This document shows positions 1-12,200 of a stretch of 64,000 bases of DNA, in pieces. Source of the stretch: Alloascoidea hylecoeti (Eukaryota). Under the pieces are notes generated by a model. That model was not told the DNA's origin and did not search any database. It was given only the letters and a program-made list of their open reading frames with translations. Every line of letters starts with the position of its first letter. Within the stretch, counting starts at the first letter, position 1. The stretch is from positions 1,434,294-1,498,293 of the forward strand of contig BCKZ01000002.1 of the NCBI GenBank assembly GCA_001600815.1, given 5' to 3'. Both the position numbers and the translations under genes were made by a program.

Positions 1-431
1 TTAGAAGAAGTAGGAAAAGAAAAAAAATTCTTCTGGTATTTGTTTGCATCTTATAATTACCTGATCTTTTTTTTTTTTGAGTGTTAAGATATAAAGATCT
101 ATTCCATACAACAATCTTATAATTACTTTTACACACAAAAACTATATCCGAAAGTTTTAAATACCTCCATCCGGGTTAGAATCTATTAGCATCCATACAC
201 CCATAAACCTTATAATTATAATAATGTTAAAATTGGATATATTGAGATCAGAGGATATAAACGTAAATTTTATAAAAAGTGTGGTGACCAAACTCCAACT
301 TTTCATCTCCGTTTAGTGTTATTAGTTATTAATTTAAATAAGCTTCTTAAGTTAAACAATTGGAACGACGCTATAAAATTATCCAGAATGAATATTAATA
401 GATGTAACATGATCGATGATTTATTTTTTAT

Positions 432-1382
432 TTAGACATTGTCGATTTTCCTTTTTTTCAAAGGTTGTTCATCTTTTGCTGGTTCTTCTTCTACTTCTGT
501 TTCCGTTTTCGTCTCACTAATACTGTCCTTAGCTCCATCAGTTTCAGCGTCGTCATGATCACTGTCATCTTCTTCATCACTGAGTTCAATTTCACCATCT
601 TCATCATCATCATCTTCTTCTTCAAGTCTAGAAACTTGTTCACTATAGTATTTCACAGCATTTGGGAATATGTCTTCTGAAATTAATAAAGCCAAATCAG
701 AAGCATTATGAAATTCTCCAAAGTTCTTCCCAGTATATGCAAACCATTTGAAGAAACTTTTACCTTTAGCAGGATTTTTCCCCTTTTTACCATTTTTCTT
801 CGAAACCCATTTAATTTCAACTGGTTCAGATATTAATTCTGAAGCAATTTCGGGATCTTTATTTTTTTGGAATTTTTTTATCAAAACTTGATCTGATAAA
901 TATTCACTACCTTTAAATTCAAATCTAATTGAAAAATCATCTGAGTTTGCATCATCAGATGTATCACGATCAACAAATATTTCTGTTAATGATTCTAAAA
1001 TCTCACCATCCGTTGGGGCCAAAATGAACTCTTCAAATGCCTCTATTTCATTAAGTACAATAGACCAAAAATCGGGAATATTTCGTAAAACTTCGCGTCG
1101 AGATTCAAATATTGGCTGAGTTTGTTTGATATGATAAGCAACTAGATAGATAGTTAAAAACAATGTAGATGTAAATATATGTGATGTTGAGAACTTACGC
1201 GACTTTCTTTCCGCTTTTTCGAGATCTTTTTCAATTCCAGCAAGTTTTGTAAGTTGTAGGTCTAGTCGAGAACTAGAAAATATTAGTTGACTAACCTTAC
1301 GAAAATTTCAATATGTTGCATACTCTTCAATATCTGAGGATTCTGAAACTGGGAGTTTCTCTTGGTTATTAGTTGTAGCCAT
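432..1382 (-). CDS. VPS75: NAP/SET-family histone chaperone, Vps75-like (3 exons: 1382-1324, 1272-1199, 1141-432; ~280 aa)
   Basis: NAP-family motifs IPDFWSIVL, FSIRFEF, SEPVEIKW, SFFKWF and DIFPNAVKYY, plus an acidic tail and a terminal KKRK. Introns GTATGC..CTAG (1323-1273) and GTAAGT..CTAG (1198-1142) give one continuous frame. Confidence 0.75.
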
Positions 1383-2061
1383 CTTGATATTAGCGTGGGT
1401 AGGAGATGGAAAGATTTAAGTTTCTAGATGAATTGAGGATAGCTTTAATTAAGAAAAATTTTTAAATTTTTTAGCAATTTTCTATTGATAGTAGTCTATA
1501 TTTTCCTGATACTAATTTCAAAGAGCAAAAAGTGTTCAATCTTGTTTTTCAAAATTATTACAGTATTATTTATTAAGACATCAGTTATTCAGCTGCATAA
1601 GTGTGCCACTACCGCACGGTTTAGACCATAAAAGTATAAACGAAGTTGACATAGACCTGAAGTATAAAAAAGGTTTCTATCCAAAGAAAATTCTTTCTTT
1701 CGCCACTTAATACTTAATCAACATCCGGTAAATTTTATTTTGCGTATTTTTTTGCGTTTCTTTAAAAATCATTTGTATACTGTTGCAACCGAAATATTCA
1801 TAAATATCTTTGGCAACCTAATCTTTGATAGGGGTGTTTCGTCAATTAAAGTAGCAAAAAATTGTCTCACTCTGTATATCGTACAAGTTAATTCGTGTAC
1901 AGTAATAAATATTACAAATTCAAGGACAGTTGGGTTTATCTACAAAATCTGTTGTGTTCTTTTAATTTTAAACCCCAAGGTTCCTATTACAAAACATAGG
2001 CTACATTATTATTCAACTAGTAGTCGGTGTAGCGGTAATTATAAACAAAAATCAGTGAAAT

Positions 2062-3952
2062 ATGTCATCACCAATTGAGAAATTCTCATCAATCCTAGAA
2101 GAGTTATCTACATTAAGAGCTCCTGGTGTGTCTGGCTCTAGGATCAAAAAGTTGACTGATCTTGCACTTTCTAACGTTCAGGTAAGTACTCTCTAAAACC
2201 CTTCTGAAAAAATTTAATTAATTATACCCATATATTGAATTAATTTATAATTTATAATAATTATTATGATATAATAGAATTATCTTTAAGAATTTAATAA
2301 AATCTAACAGCAATTATATCATGTTTATAGTTTGAGTCTCTATTAGTCCAGAAACTGTATACTCATTTTAAAGGTACACCACCAACTCATAAACTTGGTG
2401 CACTATATGTTACCGACTCCATTGTGAGAGCTTATCTTGATGAAGCTCGCAAGACTGGACAGTCAGTTACTTCTTCTGCCCCAGAGGGAACTTATGCAGC
2501 AGCAGTTTACAAGGTCGAGAATATGATTGAAAATTTAATGAATGATATCATGAATGTGACAACCACTGAGGACCAAAAAGTAAGTTGGATTTCAATTGTC
2601 ATTATGTCAAATATTATCTAACATCATTTTTATAGGATAAAATCAGCAAATTGGTGGATATTTGGGAAAAGTCACAAACATTTAATCCTACCATTTTAGC
2701 CAATATTAGGCAAAAACATTTCAAACCGGCGGACTCTCCTCCTAGTAAAAGTGCTCAAGACCCATCTTCTTTACTCCAAGCCCTCTCTGCTCTTAAAAAT
2801 GCCCATCCTCCACCAGTTTCAACACCAGCTCCAGTACCCTCTGTAAATCAACAAGAAGCTTTGTTGCAATTATTACAACAAAATAATGTTCTTCCACAAC
2901 CCCAAATGCAACATTCTTTTAATGGTGATAATAATTATGGAAGATCAAGGGGTAATGAAAGAGTACCAAGAAGAGATAGGTCTAGATCACCTCGTAGACG
3001 ACGATCACATGATAATTCGAGGAGAAATGATGTTAGATCTAGAAGTCCAACACATGAAAGTAACCATGAAAGAAATTTACCTGGAACTATCCACTATAGA
3101 CCTACAATTGTTTCGTATGATGAGACCATTCCAGCAGGAGAAATCAAAGTTCTGAGTCGTACTCTTTTCATAGGGGGTGTTCCTCCTCATATGGATCAAG
3201 ATGAGTTATTGGGAATTTTAAGACCTTATGCAGAAGTTCAAAGTATCACAATAAATAATGAAAGAAGGCATGCATTTGTTAAAGTTTATTCTAGAGCCGA
3301 AGCAGAATCTGCAAAGAATAAATTTGAAGAATTTAATGAAAATGGAGGGCTTTCATTAAGAGCAAGATGGGGTGTTGGGTTTGGTCCCAGGGACTGCTGT
3401 GATTATTCTACTGGTAGTAGTACTGTCCCCCTTTCTCGATTAACCGATGCTGATAAAAAATGGATAACATGTGCTGAGTGGGGTGGAACTGGTGGAAAAC
3501 CGCTTGCTCCTGGAATTTGTATCGAAGAACCAGATATTGAGATTGGTGCTGGTGTTTCTTCTAAGGCTATCAGTAAGCGTATGCCTACCAATTCTTCTAA
3601 AAACGGGCCAAAATCTACAAATAACGATCGTAGAGGTGACCGAGGCGATCGAGGTGAACGAACTAATAGTAATCGCATCCCGCTTGGCGGTCATTCCCAA
3701 CAGCAAATGCCATTTGGAAACGGTGGCAATGCGCAAGCAAACAACTTGGCCATGCTCATGAATGGGTTTCCTCAAATTCCACAGTTACAACCGGTGAATC
3801 AACAGAACCCGCAGCAGCTTCAAGTTCTCCAGCAATTACAGCAAAATTTGCAAAATGTTCCAGGAATGCAAAATATGTTACAGGCTTTAGCTTCGAACCC
3901 TCAAATGGCGGCTTCCTTTTTCCAACAACAGCAACAACAGCCTCCACATTGA
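2062..3952 (+). CDS. NRD1: Nrd1/Seb1 CID-RRM transcription termination factor (exons 2062-2181, 2331-2579, 2636-3952; ~561 aa)
   Basis: CID motifs GVSGSRIKKLT and HKLGALYVTDSIVRAY, an RS-rich linker, RRM SRTLFIGGV...RHAFVKVYSR...RWGVGFGPRDCCDY, and a Q-rich tail. Two GTAAGT..TAG introns keep the frame. Confidence 0.93.
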
Positions 3953-4279
3953 ATAAGATTAACATCACAAAGATGCGCTTGTAATTTGTAATAAAACTTA
4001 TAGATCCCTCAAGCTTGCTTACATTTATATGTTATTGTACTTCTGCTTTTTTGTAATATAATTTCTATATATTTTATTTTTTAATTCATGCTAACTAACT
4101 AACACAATTGTAGATACATATATATAATTAACACTAACAGGTAAAGCTGGGCAATAAATTAGTATTAATATTACTATTTGCAAATTTGTTTTTATAATAC
4201 CACACGAACTTATCTACTCCATAGATTCAACATTCATCAAATATATACAACGACTTTCATTGAACAACCCAATTGAATT

Positions 4280-5420
4280 TTAATAATCTGCAATTATGTA
4301 TTGCAAGCTGTCGTAATAGTCTGGATTTACCCGTTCTTTGATTTCTTCTTTGCTGAACCACCCAAATGTTGAGATATCCTTCTTAACTGCTTCTTGTAGC
4401 TCAAAAGTGCCAGCTAAAATATGTGACTTGATAAAATATTCTCTGAGAACATTAGCTGCTTGTTTTTCAGAAGACTTGACCAATTGCTCCTTGCTTAGGA
4501 CTTTGATATTATTTTGACTGTCATACTTTACAACAGCAGCTGGTGTGTTAGAAACAGTCCATGTGTCTAGATTAACTCCTCCGATTTCTCGTAAACCCTG
4601 TTCAGCGATTTCGTGTAATGATACTTTACGAGCTAAAGGAAATGAAGGAAACCTCCAAGCGCCGGTCTTAGCATCTTTGACGAGAAGATAAATTGTTCTT
4701 GGTAATTTTCGCTTTAGTGATGTAGTATCTTCCTCGAATTCAGTCACTCGGGGTGCTAAAACAGCTGCTTGTTCAAACCCATCCTCAGTTAACCCTTTTG
4801 TGACATCTTTTGGGATTACAAGTTCTTGCTTTTCCCGTCTTTCTCTATTATATTTGATATCTGGAAGACCTTTCTTATACCAAACACCTGGCTGTTTAAC
4901 AACTAACCCCTTCTGTGCCATATTGAAGTTACGAGAAGCAAATGAACCTTTTTTAAAGTAGAAAAAATCGGGAAACGTCCACATCAATCGTTTTTCCAGT
5001 TCTGACTGAAGGTAATAATACTGCTGTTCATACTCTGGAACGTCGGGAGTAACTATAGGTATCCTGCTTAAAATAAGAGCAGCCTGTACAGATTCGAAGG
5101 GAACTTGGTATACTGGATTTGAAGGTTTTTCTATAACTAGATCTGGTGAAGCTGATTCGGTCGCAACGGCAGCCTGAAGTTTCAAACAGGTTGTGCTAAA
5201 GCTCCTAAAGGCTCCCCTCGCTAATTGTGAATAAAAATAGCAAAATTAATATACTGCAAAAAGACGTGAGGTCTGGTTTCAAGATAATATTATTGACTGA
5301 TGAATTTCCTTCAGTCAAAATCTGAACCTAACCAAATTTTATAAAAAGTAGTTCAGAGTCTCGAGAAACCCCAGCAAGTTACTTACGCAGAAGTTTTGTA
5401 ATGTTCCCGTTCTTCAACAT
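4280..5420 (-). CDS. MRPL17: Mitochondrial large-subunit ribosomal protein mL46 (exons 5420-5387, 5220-4280; ~324 aa)
   Basis: ILSRIPIVT, QSELEKRLMWTFP-FFYFKKG, SLKRKLPRTIYLLVK and WTVSNTPAAV. Intron GTAAGT..TTAG (5386-5221) joins an Arg/Ser-rich presequence-like N-terminus. Confidence 0.85.
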
Positions 5421-5614
5421 TGTAATGTGCTGTGAAGAATCAGAATTGAGATTTAGCTGTTTTTTCACCAATGAATCAAAACAGTGAAGGAAATTATTCT
5501 TCCTGCGAATATATCAGAATAATAGCAGTAACCTTCAGACCGTTATTTAATGATGTGTTACCCTGACTGTAGCAAATATCGTTAGTGAGCAAAGGCAGGG
5601 TGACCCCAGACTCA

Positions 5615-5857
5615 CAGTCATTCCACTTAATTTCGGCTACGGGGCAAATATTTGGCTTGAACGCTGCTCATGCTGTACTTGAGGGTACTTTCTTTTCCGT
5701 GTTAAGATGTCTCAGGGATTTTAGTTCAAAAATTAATAATGGTTTCAGTATTTAGACATAGATTTCTTCCAGTCTGATGATACCGAATTATTTTATCATC
5801 AAATACCGAACTTTTAATTCCACAGTGCCCACACGCTGAATAATGTCAGTAGCCGAA
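5615..5857. repeat. Copy of the same dispersed repeat
   Basis: CAGTCATTCCACTTAATTTCGGCTAC at 5615; TTCGGCTAC (5632-5640) is inverted as GTAGCCGAA at 5849-5857. Confidence 0.55.
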
Positions 5858-6311
5858 TCCTGACAAATAACAGAATCAGATACCCAATTCAGAGTGGATA
5901 GAAGCTATTCTTACATGCAGGTATACATTATGCATACTCATGTCAATTGGATTTCAAAAAACATTAATAGTTATTAGTTAGACTAAATAAAAAGTGATAA
6001 ATGCCCAGGGTAATGTCGTATATGATTTAGTTTCATAAATATATAACCACTATACCGGTAGCTATATTTAACTTAACATATATTTTTAATTAGAGACAAA
6101 TATATGGGGATGCAGATGCATAATCACGATCAAATACATTAAATTTAATTGCAAGGAGTTATATTTGATTTTTATGATATATAAATCAATCAATAGAAGA
6201 ACCTGAGTCTTATCCCATACTAATAAAATAACCCGAATTCAAAAATCATCCATTTTTAAACTTATTGTTATATAGAAATGAGTGTTCGCATATATCTTCT
6301 AATGAACACCA

Positions 6312-8303
6312 CTAAACCTTTGAGATAAAAAACATTCTTCTAAAGAAACTTTTAATACTCTTCTGTAAGTAATGTGAATTAACAAATATGATTTCTTTCT
6401 CTATATTTGATATCTCAATGTCCATATCTCTCATCCCCGTACTGTTCTCTATGCTAACAAAGTTATTTTCAATTTCATTTTTTATAGTTGAATTATTTTT
6501 CAATTTCTTTTCAATGCTTTGGATATTTATATTTCCCTTGACTTTATGATTTAACTTTATCATAGATTCCTTCAAAAAAAATCTGAAGCGAGACCTCTGA
6601 GAATTCAAGAAAACAGTTTCTTCTTTTATGATACTATAGTCACATGAAGTTAAGAGTTGCTTCCTTTCATTTAAATATACAACATGTCCTTTTAAAAACC
6701 GGTGGATCTTCCATTCTCTTAAGAAACTAAGGACGCAAACACTAACTATATAAATAAGACCAATTAATATTTGAACATACCGAAAAACGGCCCCACCTGT
6801 TTCATCTGTCCTTCTTAATTTGATGGCGATAACTTCACTAAAAATTCCGGGTACTCCTACGAAAACGGAAGCAACTGATAGAGCTGATGACAAGATCTTC
6901 AATTCAGCTACATCAGCAATCATTGGTGGATAATTGACCCAAATAGTACCGACCATACAACCATTAATGAAACCATAGGCAGCCAGGCTGCTAAATGTCG
7001 TAGCTGGAATCCAGAATGTAAAACACAGGATTCCTAATATAGTAGTTATACACATGGTCACATTGACTCTACCGAAACGATCAGATAAAAATCCTACTGC
7101 TGGTCTTCCAATGATTTGAGCAGCACTAAGTAGGGCAAGAACTGCAGAACCTTGATCTGGAGATAGTCCAACTGACGTTGCATATGCTGCCAAAGAAAAT
7201 TGGAAAACACAGAAGCCGATAATATTGAAACCCACCCATATACACACAAACCGTAAAGGGACAATTCTAAACACATCAAAATCAAAAATTTTCTGCTGTG
7301 AAGTTGGACTTATATTTTCTTCTTTTTTATCCACAATTTGTACCTTTTGTGCATTTGGATCAAGAAACGTAGTCCTGCTTCTCACTAGTATTACTCCAAC
7401 AATGTTAAGGCAAATATTAATGATAGCCATCATTCGTAGACCCCAATGAGTCGACCCAGTTCTCTTAATCATTGCATTAACAGACAAATTATAAACTAGA
7501 CCTCCAGCCCCAGATCCTGCAGATGCAATTCCATTGGCCAAAGATCGTCTTTTTGAAGAAAACCATTGTGGAATAATGGCAATAGGAGGGAAAAATATCA
7601 AACCAAGACCAATTGATGATCCAACTCCTTGACTAAGGTATAATTGCCAAACCTTGGTAGCAAAAGAAGCACCCATAAAGGAGGCAAATTGTATTAGCAT
7701 TCCTAGTATTATTGTAATGCGATAACCTATTCGTCTTATAAGAATAGAAGTCAATGGGGCAATTATAAGACAAGTTCCCGTTGAAAGACCTGCAATGAAG
7801 GCAAAGTCTAAAGATGTAGAATCAGGAAATGCATCATGAGATAAGTAGTAATTTAAAAAGGTACCATAACTGGCATTGGAACCAAATGATGTAAAATTAA
7901 ATACAAAAGAGCAAAAGACTACAATCCAACCGTATCCGCCATCTGGAGGCTCATTTGCCTCTTGATTGGCCTCGGTATCACTTTTCGTCATTTCATCATC
8001 ATAAATAATTGCATTCGAAGGCATTGAACTAAGAGGTTCACCAGCAGAAATCATACTTCTTCGGGAAGTAACCAGAAAAATTGGACCATTAGATACATTG
8101 TTCTCGTTATTATTATCATAGTTAACAATCGTTGGTATTGCTTCTGTTCTTGTTTTTATTTGTGATACATTATTAGGGTCATTGTAATTATTAACGAAAG
8201 GGTGGGTACTACTACTGGAACAAAATGACGAAGCCCTATAGCTAGCTATAGATACTGGTATAACATTAACATTGTCGTTTTCATCCGAAGTAGAATCTCC
8301 CAT
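6312..8303 (-). CDS. MFS monocarboxylate-transporter homologue (Mch2/Esbp6-like)
   Basis: PPDGGYGWIVV signature, about 12 hydrophobic segments, PQWFSSKRRSLANG and GFLSDRFGRVN loops. Confidence 0.85.
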   Translation of the reverse strand: MGDSTSDENDNVNVIPVSIASYRASSFCSSSSTHPFVNNYNDPNNVSQIKTRTEAIPTIVNYDNNNENNVSNGPIFLVTSRRSMISAGEPLSSMPSNAIIYDDEMTKSDTEANQEANEPPDGGYGWIVVFCSFVFNFTSFGSNASYGTFLNYYLSHDAFPDSTSLDFAFIAGLSTGTCLIIAPLTSILIRRIGYRITIILGMLIQFASFMGASFATKVWQLYLSQGVGSSIGLGLIFFPPIAIIPQWFSSKRRSLANGIASAGSGAGGLVYNLSVNAMIKRTGSTHWGLRMMAIINICLNIVGVILVRSRTTFLDPNAQKVQIVDKKEENISPTSQQKIFDFDVFRIVPLRFVCIWVGFNIIGFCVFQFSLAAYATSVGLSPDQGSAVLALLSAAQIIGRPAVGFLSDRFGRVNVTMCITTILGILCFTFWIPATTFSSLAAYGFINGCMVGTIWVNYPPMIADVAELKILSSALSVASVFVGVPGIFSEVIAIKLRRTDETGGAVFRYVQILIGLIYIVSVCVLSFLREWKIHRFLKGHVVYLNERKQLLTSCDYSIIKEETVFLNSQRSRFRFFLKESMIKLNHKVKGNINIQSIEKKLKNNSTIKNEIENNFVSIENSTGMRDMDIEISNIEKEIIFVNSHYLQKSIKSFFRRMFFISKV

Positions 8304-9216
8304 TTTATTTATATTGTGACTTAAAGCTTAAGGTAAATCAGTCAAAGTTGGGCTCTAAATAAATTGAAACATATATTCAAAGGATGCTTGCAATTATATT
8401 TAAATGTTATAAATGCCATTCATTAATGCTCAACTGTGAGTAATACACTGAGTATAACAAATTTTTATATCGAGTTAAGCCCGTTATATATGACTCGGCT
8501 ATTCGTCAAATTGCAAGCATATTTTGTTTAAACTTAATTAAAAGCCTAATAGAATTTTTTTTCAAGTAATTAAAAACACGATCGCACTCTAGATCCGATA
8601 AACATACTACTGTATACAACTATTTGCAGTTTACATATGGAATAAAAGAAACGTTTCAACTAAGTAGGGAACTTATAATTTATTCTTTTAGAGATGAACT
8701 AACTACTTCACAATATATCGGACTTTATGATTCAATCTATTTTATATCTTTTTTCAAGGATCATACTATAACCTTCAATGACAAGCATCTAATTATCTAA
8801 TATAAGCTTAGATGCTCAAATATGTGGAGAAGCCATGCGTTTACCACAATTATACATTATGGCTGGTGATGTACTAAGTGGAGACACCCTTCAAGTTCTA
8901 ACTATATAAGAAACTAACCCAGAGATGAGAAATGACCTTGATATAGTTATATTGATAATAAGAGAGGAGAGGGGTATCATAAAAATGAATGAAGTTTCTA
9001 TGTATTGTAGTTGTAGTAGCCAAAATAGCCCTGGAACGCGATTGTATATATTTTCAAGAATCTTAATGTAATCAATTCAATAAATCACAAACGTAATAAA
9101 ATAGAGAATACAGATCTAAACTGGTTATTTCAAAGCAGAGGTGTATGGATGTTTATCGCCCTTGAGCTCCTTAACCTTTGTGATATAAGAATACAACATT
9201 TTTACAGTCTTTCAAA

Positions 9217-12200
9217 ATGTCCTCTTTGACGGATAATTTGGCAGCAGACCAAATATTTCAAGGCCTCAAGTCAAAGTATGTTTCATGTCTCTAGAAATTT
9301 GTTGTTTTAGCATTGTTTTTTGGCTCACTAACAATAAAAAAAGATCTCGAGATGAAAAACAAACGGCAGCCACAGAGCTAAAAATACATTTGATAACAAC
9401 GTCCCGTGAAATATCACAGGAGCAATTTTCAAAATATGCCAACGATATAAATAAGAAAATATTCGATCTAATCCATTCACAGGATCCATCGGATCGACTT
9501 GGTGGGGTGCTTGCAATAGATAGCTTAATTGATTTCGATGGCGGTGGGGAGGAGAATACAGCAAAAATTACAAGGTTTGCTAATTATCTAAGAATTGCCA
9601 TACCATCAAATGACATTGAAGTAATGAGATTAGCTGCTACAGCATTAGGCAGATTGGCTATTCCCGGTGGGACATTGACGGCAGAATTGGTAGAATTTGA
9701 GGCCAAACGATCATTAGAATGGCTACAGTCCGATAGACAAGAAAACAGAAGACATGCTGCTGTCCTTATTATTGCTGCATTAGCAGTCAATAGTCCGACA
9801 CTATTATACTTTTATGTGAATGAAATCCTCGATCTAATATGGGTTGCTCTTCGTGATCCAAAAGTGGCCATTAGAACAGATGCTGCAATCGCATTGAGAA
9901 GATGCTTGGATATTGTATATGAGAGGGAGAACGCTTTGAAACAAAAATGGTTTAATAAATTAATGAGTGGAGCTGCTTCAGGCCTTAAGTTAGCTTCAAC
10001 CGAATCTATTCATGGAAGCTTACTCGTTTATTATGAATTACTGAAAAAGGGTGGAATGTTCATGCAAGATAAATATGATACCGTTTATGATGCTGTTTTT
10101 AAATATAGAGATCATAAAGTATTTTTAATAAGGCAAGAAGTAATGAATATTTTACCTTTATTAGCATCCTATAATGCACAACAGTTCGTTGACAAATATC
10201 TGCATAGAACAATGGCATTTTATTTAAATCAGCTTAAAAAAGATAAGGATAAATCGGCAATATTTTTATCTTTGGGTGATATATCATTTTCTGTTCAATC
10301 TTCGATAGCCCCATACTTGGACGCCATTCTTGATAATATTAGAGAGGGCCTAAGTACCAAAAGGTATGCTTTTTTTACTAACAATTTTATAAACAATTTT
10401 TATATTCTAACGAAACTTTTAGCCGATATCGCAAAGATGTCGAAGCAGCAATATTCAATTGTATTGGAAAATTGGCAGCAGCAGTTGGACCAGCTTTAAC
10501 TAAACATTTACAGAGATATATTCTAGATATGATGTTAAATTGCACATTGAGTGATCATATGCAATCAACTCTTCGGACTTTAACACAACAGATACCTCCT
10601 TTAGCACCAATCATACATGAAAAATTATTGAATATTCTAAGTAGAGTATTAAGCGGTGGACCTTTTAGATCTCCAGGTTCAACAGATACATCAAATATTA
10701 TGAATGAAGCTGCAGCCAAAGAATATCGGGAAAATACGTTATTCAGAGATGGTTCTGAAGTCACTGAGAATGATTTAATTATTCGAGCACTTGATATGCT
10801 TATCAGTTTTGATTTTAAAGGTTACACACTAAATGAGCTTGTTCAATACTGTACTATTACCTATATTGAACATGATGATCCAAAGGTTCGAAAATCAGCA
10901 GCTTTAACTTCATGTATTCTGTTCCAACGTGATCCTATTTGTTTTCAAACAAGTTCAAACTCTTTGGTCGCAGTCGGTGAAGTTCTAGAAAAGTTGCTAA
11001 CTGTAGCAATTACTGATACGGTCCCTGATATAAGACTTGAAGTACTAAGTTCCTTAGGTAAAAATTTCGATAATCAATTATCCCAACCAAATAATGTCAG
11101 ATTTTTATTTGTTGCTCTGAATGATGAAATATTTGCTATCCGCCAGGTTGCAATTGTTATTATAGGGCGACTTGCTGCGATCAACCCAGCCTATATTATT
11201 CCATCTCTTCGAAAAACTCTAATTCAGTTACTTACAACTTTAGAATATTCAACCGTTACAAGAAGGAAAGAAGAAAGTGCAAAACTTCTAACATCACTAG
11301 TTTCTTCTTCAGATGAATTAAGCAAATCATACGTCAAACCAATAATGGAGATCTTATTACCAAGAGCTACGAGCGAAACAACAAATGTTGCTGAAAATAT
11401 AATAAAATGCTTAGGGGAATTGGCAAATGTTGCTGGTGAACAAATGTTACCCTATATTCCAAAATTAATGCCAATAATTTTAGATACTTTTCAAGCTCAA
11501 TCATCTCCTTTCAAACGCGACGCAGCACTAAAAACACTGGGACAATTAGCTAGCAGTTCAGGATACGTTATCAAACCTTTACTTGAATATCCTCAATTAC
11601 TTGGAATACTTCTTGGATTATTAAGATCAGAACAATCACAGGATGTTAAGCGAGAAACTGTCCGAGTTTTAGGTATTTTAGGTGCAGTAGATCCTTACAA
11701 ACACAGAGAAATTGAACAAAGTCCATCAAATAAAGCAAGCGTCAAATCCGCAGAACAAAGCGCCCCTCCAATCGATATTTTATTGATTATGCAAGGTATG
11801 AGTCCAACAACAAATGAAGAATACTATCCAACAGTTGTAATTACAACACTCATGAATATTTTAAAGGATTCATCCTTATCTTCAAATCATCATGCAGTGA
11901 TTCAGGCAATAATGTATATATTCAAAAGTTTGGGTTTAAGGTGTGTTAGTTTCTTGGGCCAAATTATACCTGGTTTATTGTCAGTCATGAAAACTTGTCC
12001 ATTGTCAATGCTAGACTTTTATTTCCAGCAACTTGGTGTTCTAGTTGGAATCGTTAAGCAGCATATCAGGGTCTTTTTACCTGATATATTTGATATAGCA
12101 AAAGAGTTTTTTTCAACAAGTAATTTACAACCAACAATCTTATCTCTATTCGAAGCGATTTCAAAATCTCTTGATGGAGAATTTAGAATATATTTACCTA

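Noticed and set aside
1740..2078. 112-aa ORF upstream of NRD1
   Set aside because: TTG start, no recognisable motif, and it overlaps the NRD1 promoter and start in another frame.
8784..8816. 9-bp inverted repeat AGCATCTAA/TTAGATGCT (similar small hairpins near 28382-28464 and 46295-46317)
   Set aside because: Isolated short hairpins are expected by chance in AT-rich DNA.
10364..10499. Overlap of the two TOR ORFs as a programmed frameshift
   Set aside because: Fully explained by a 59-nt GT-AG intron at 10364-10422.
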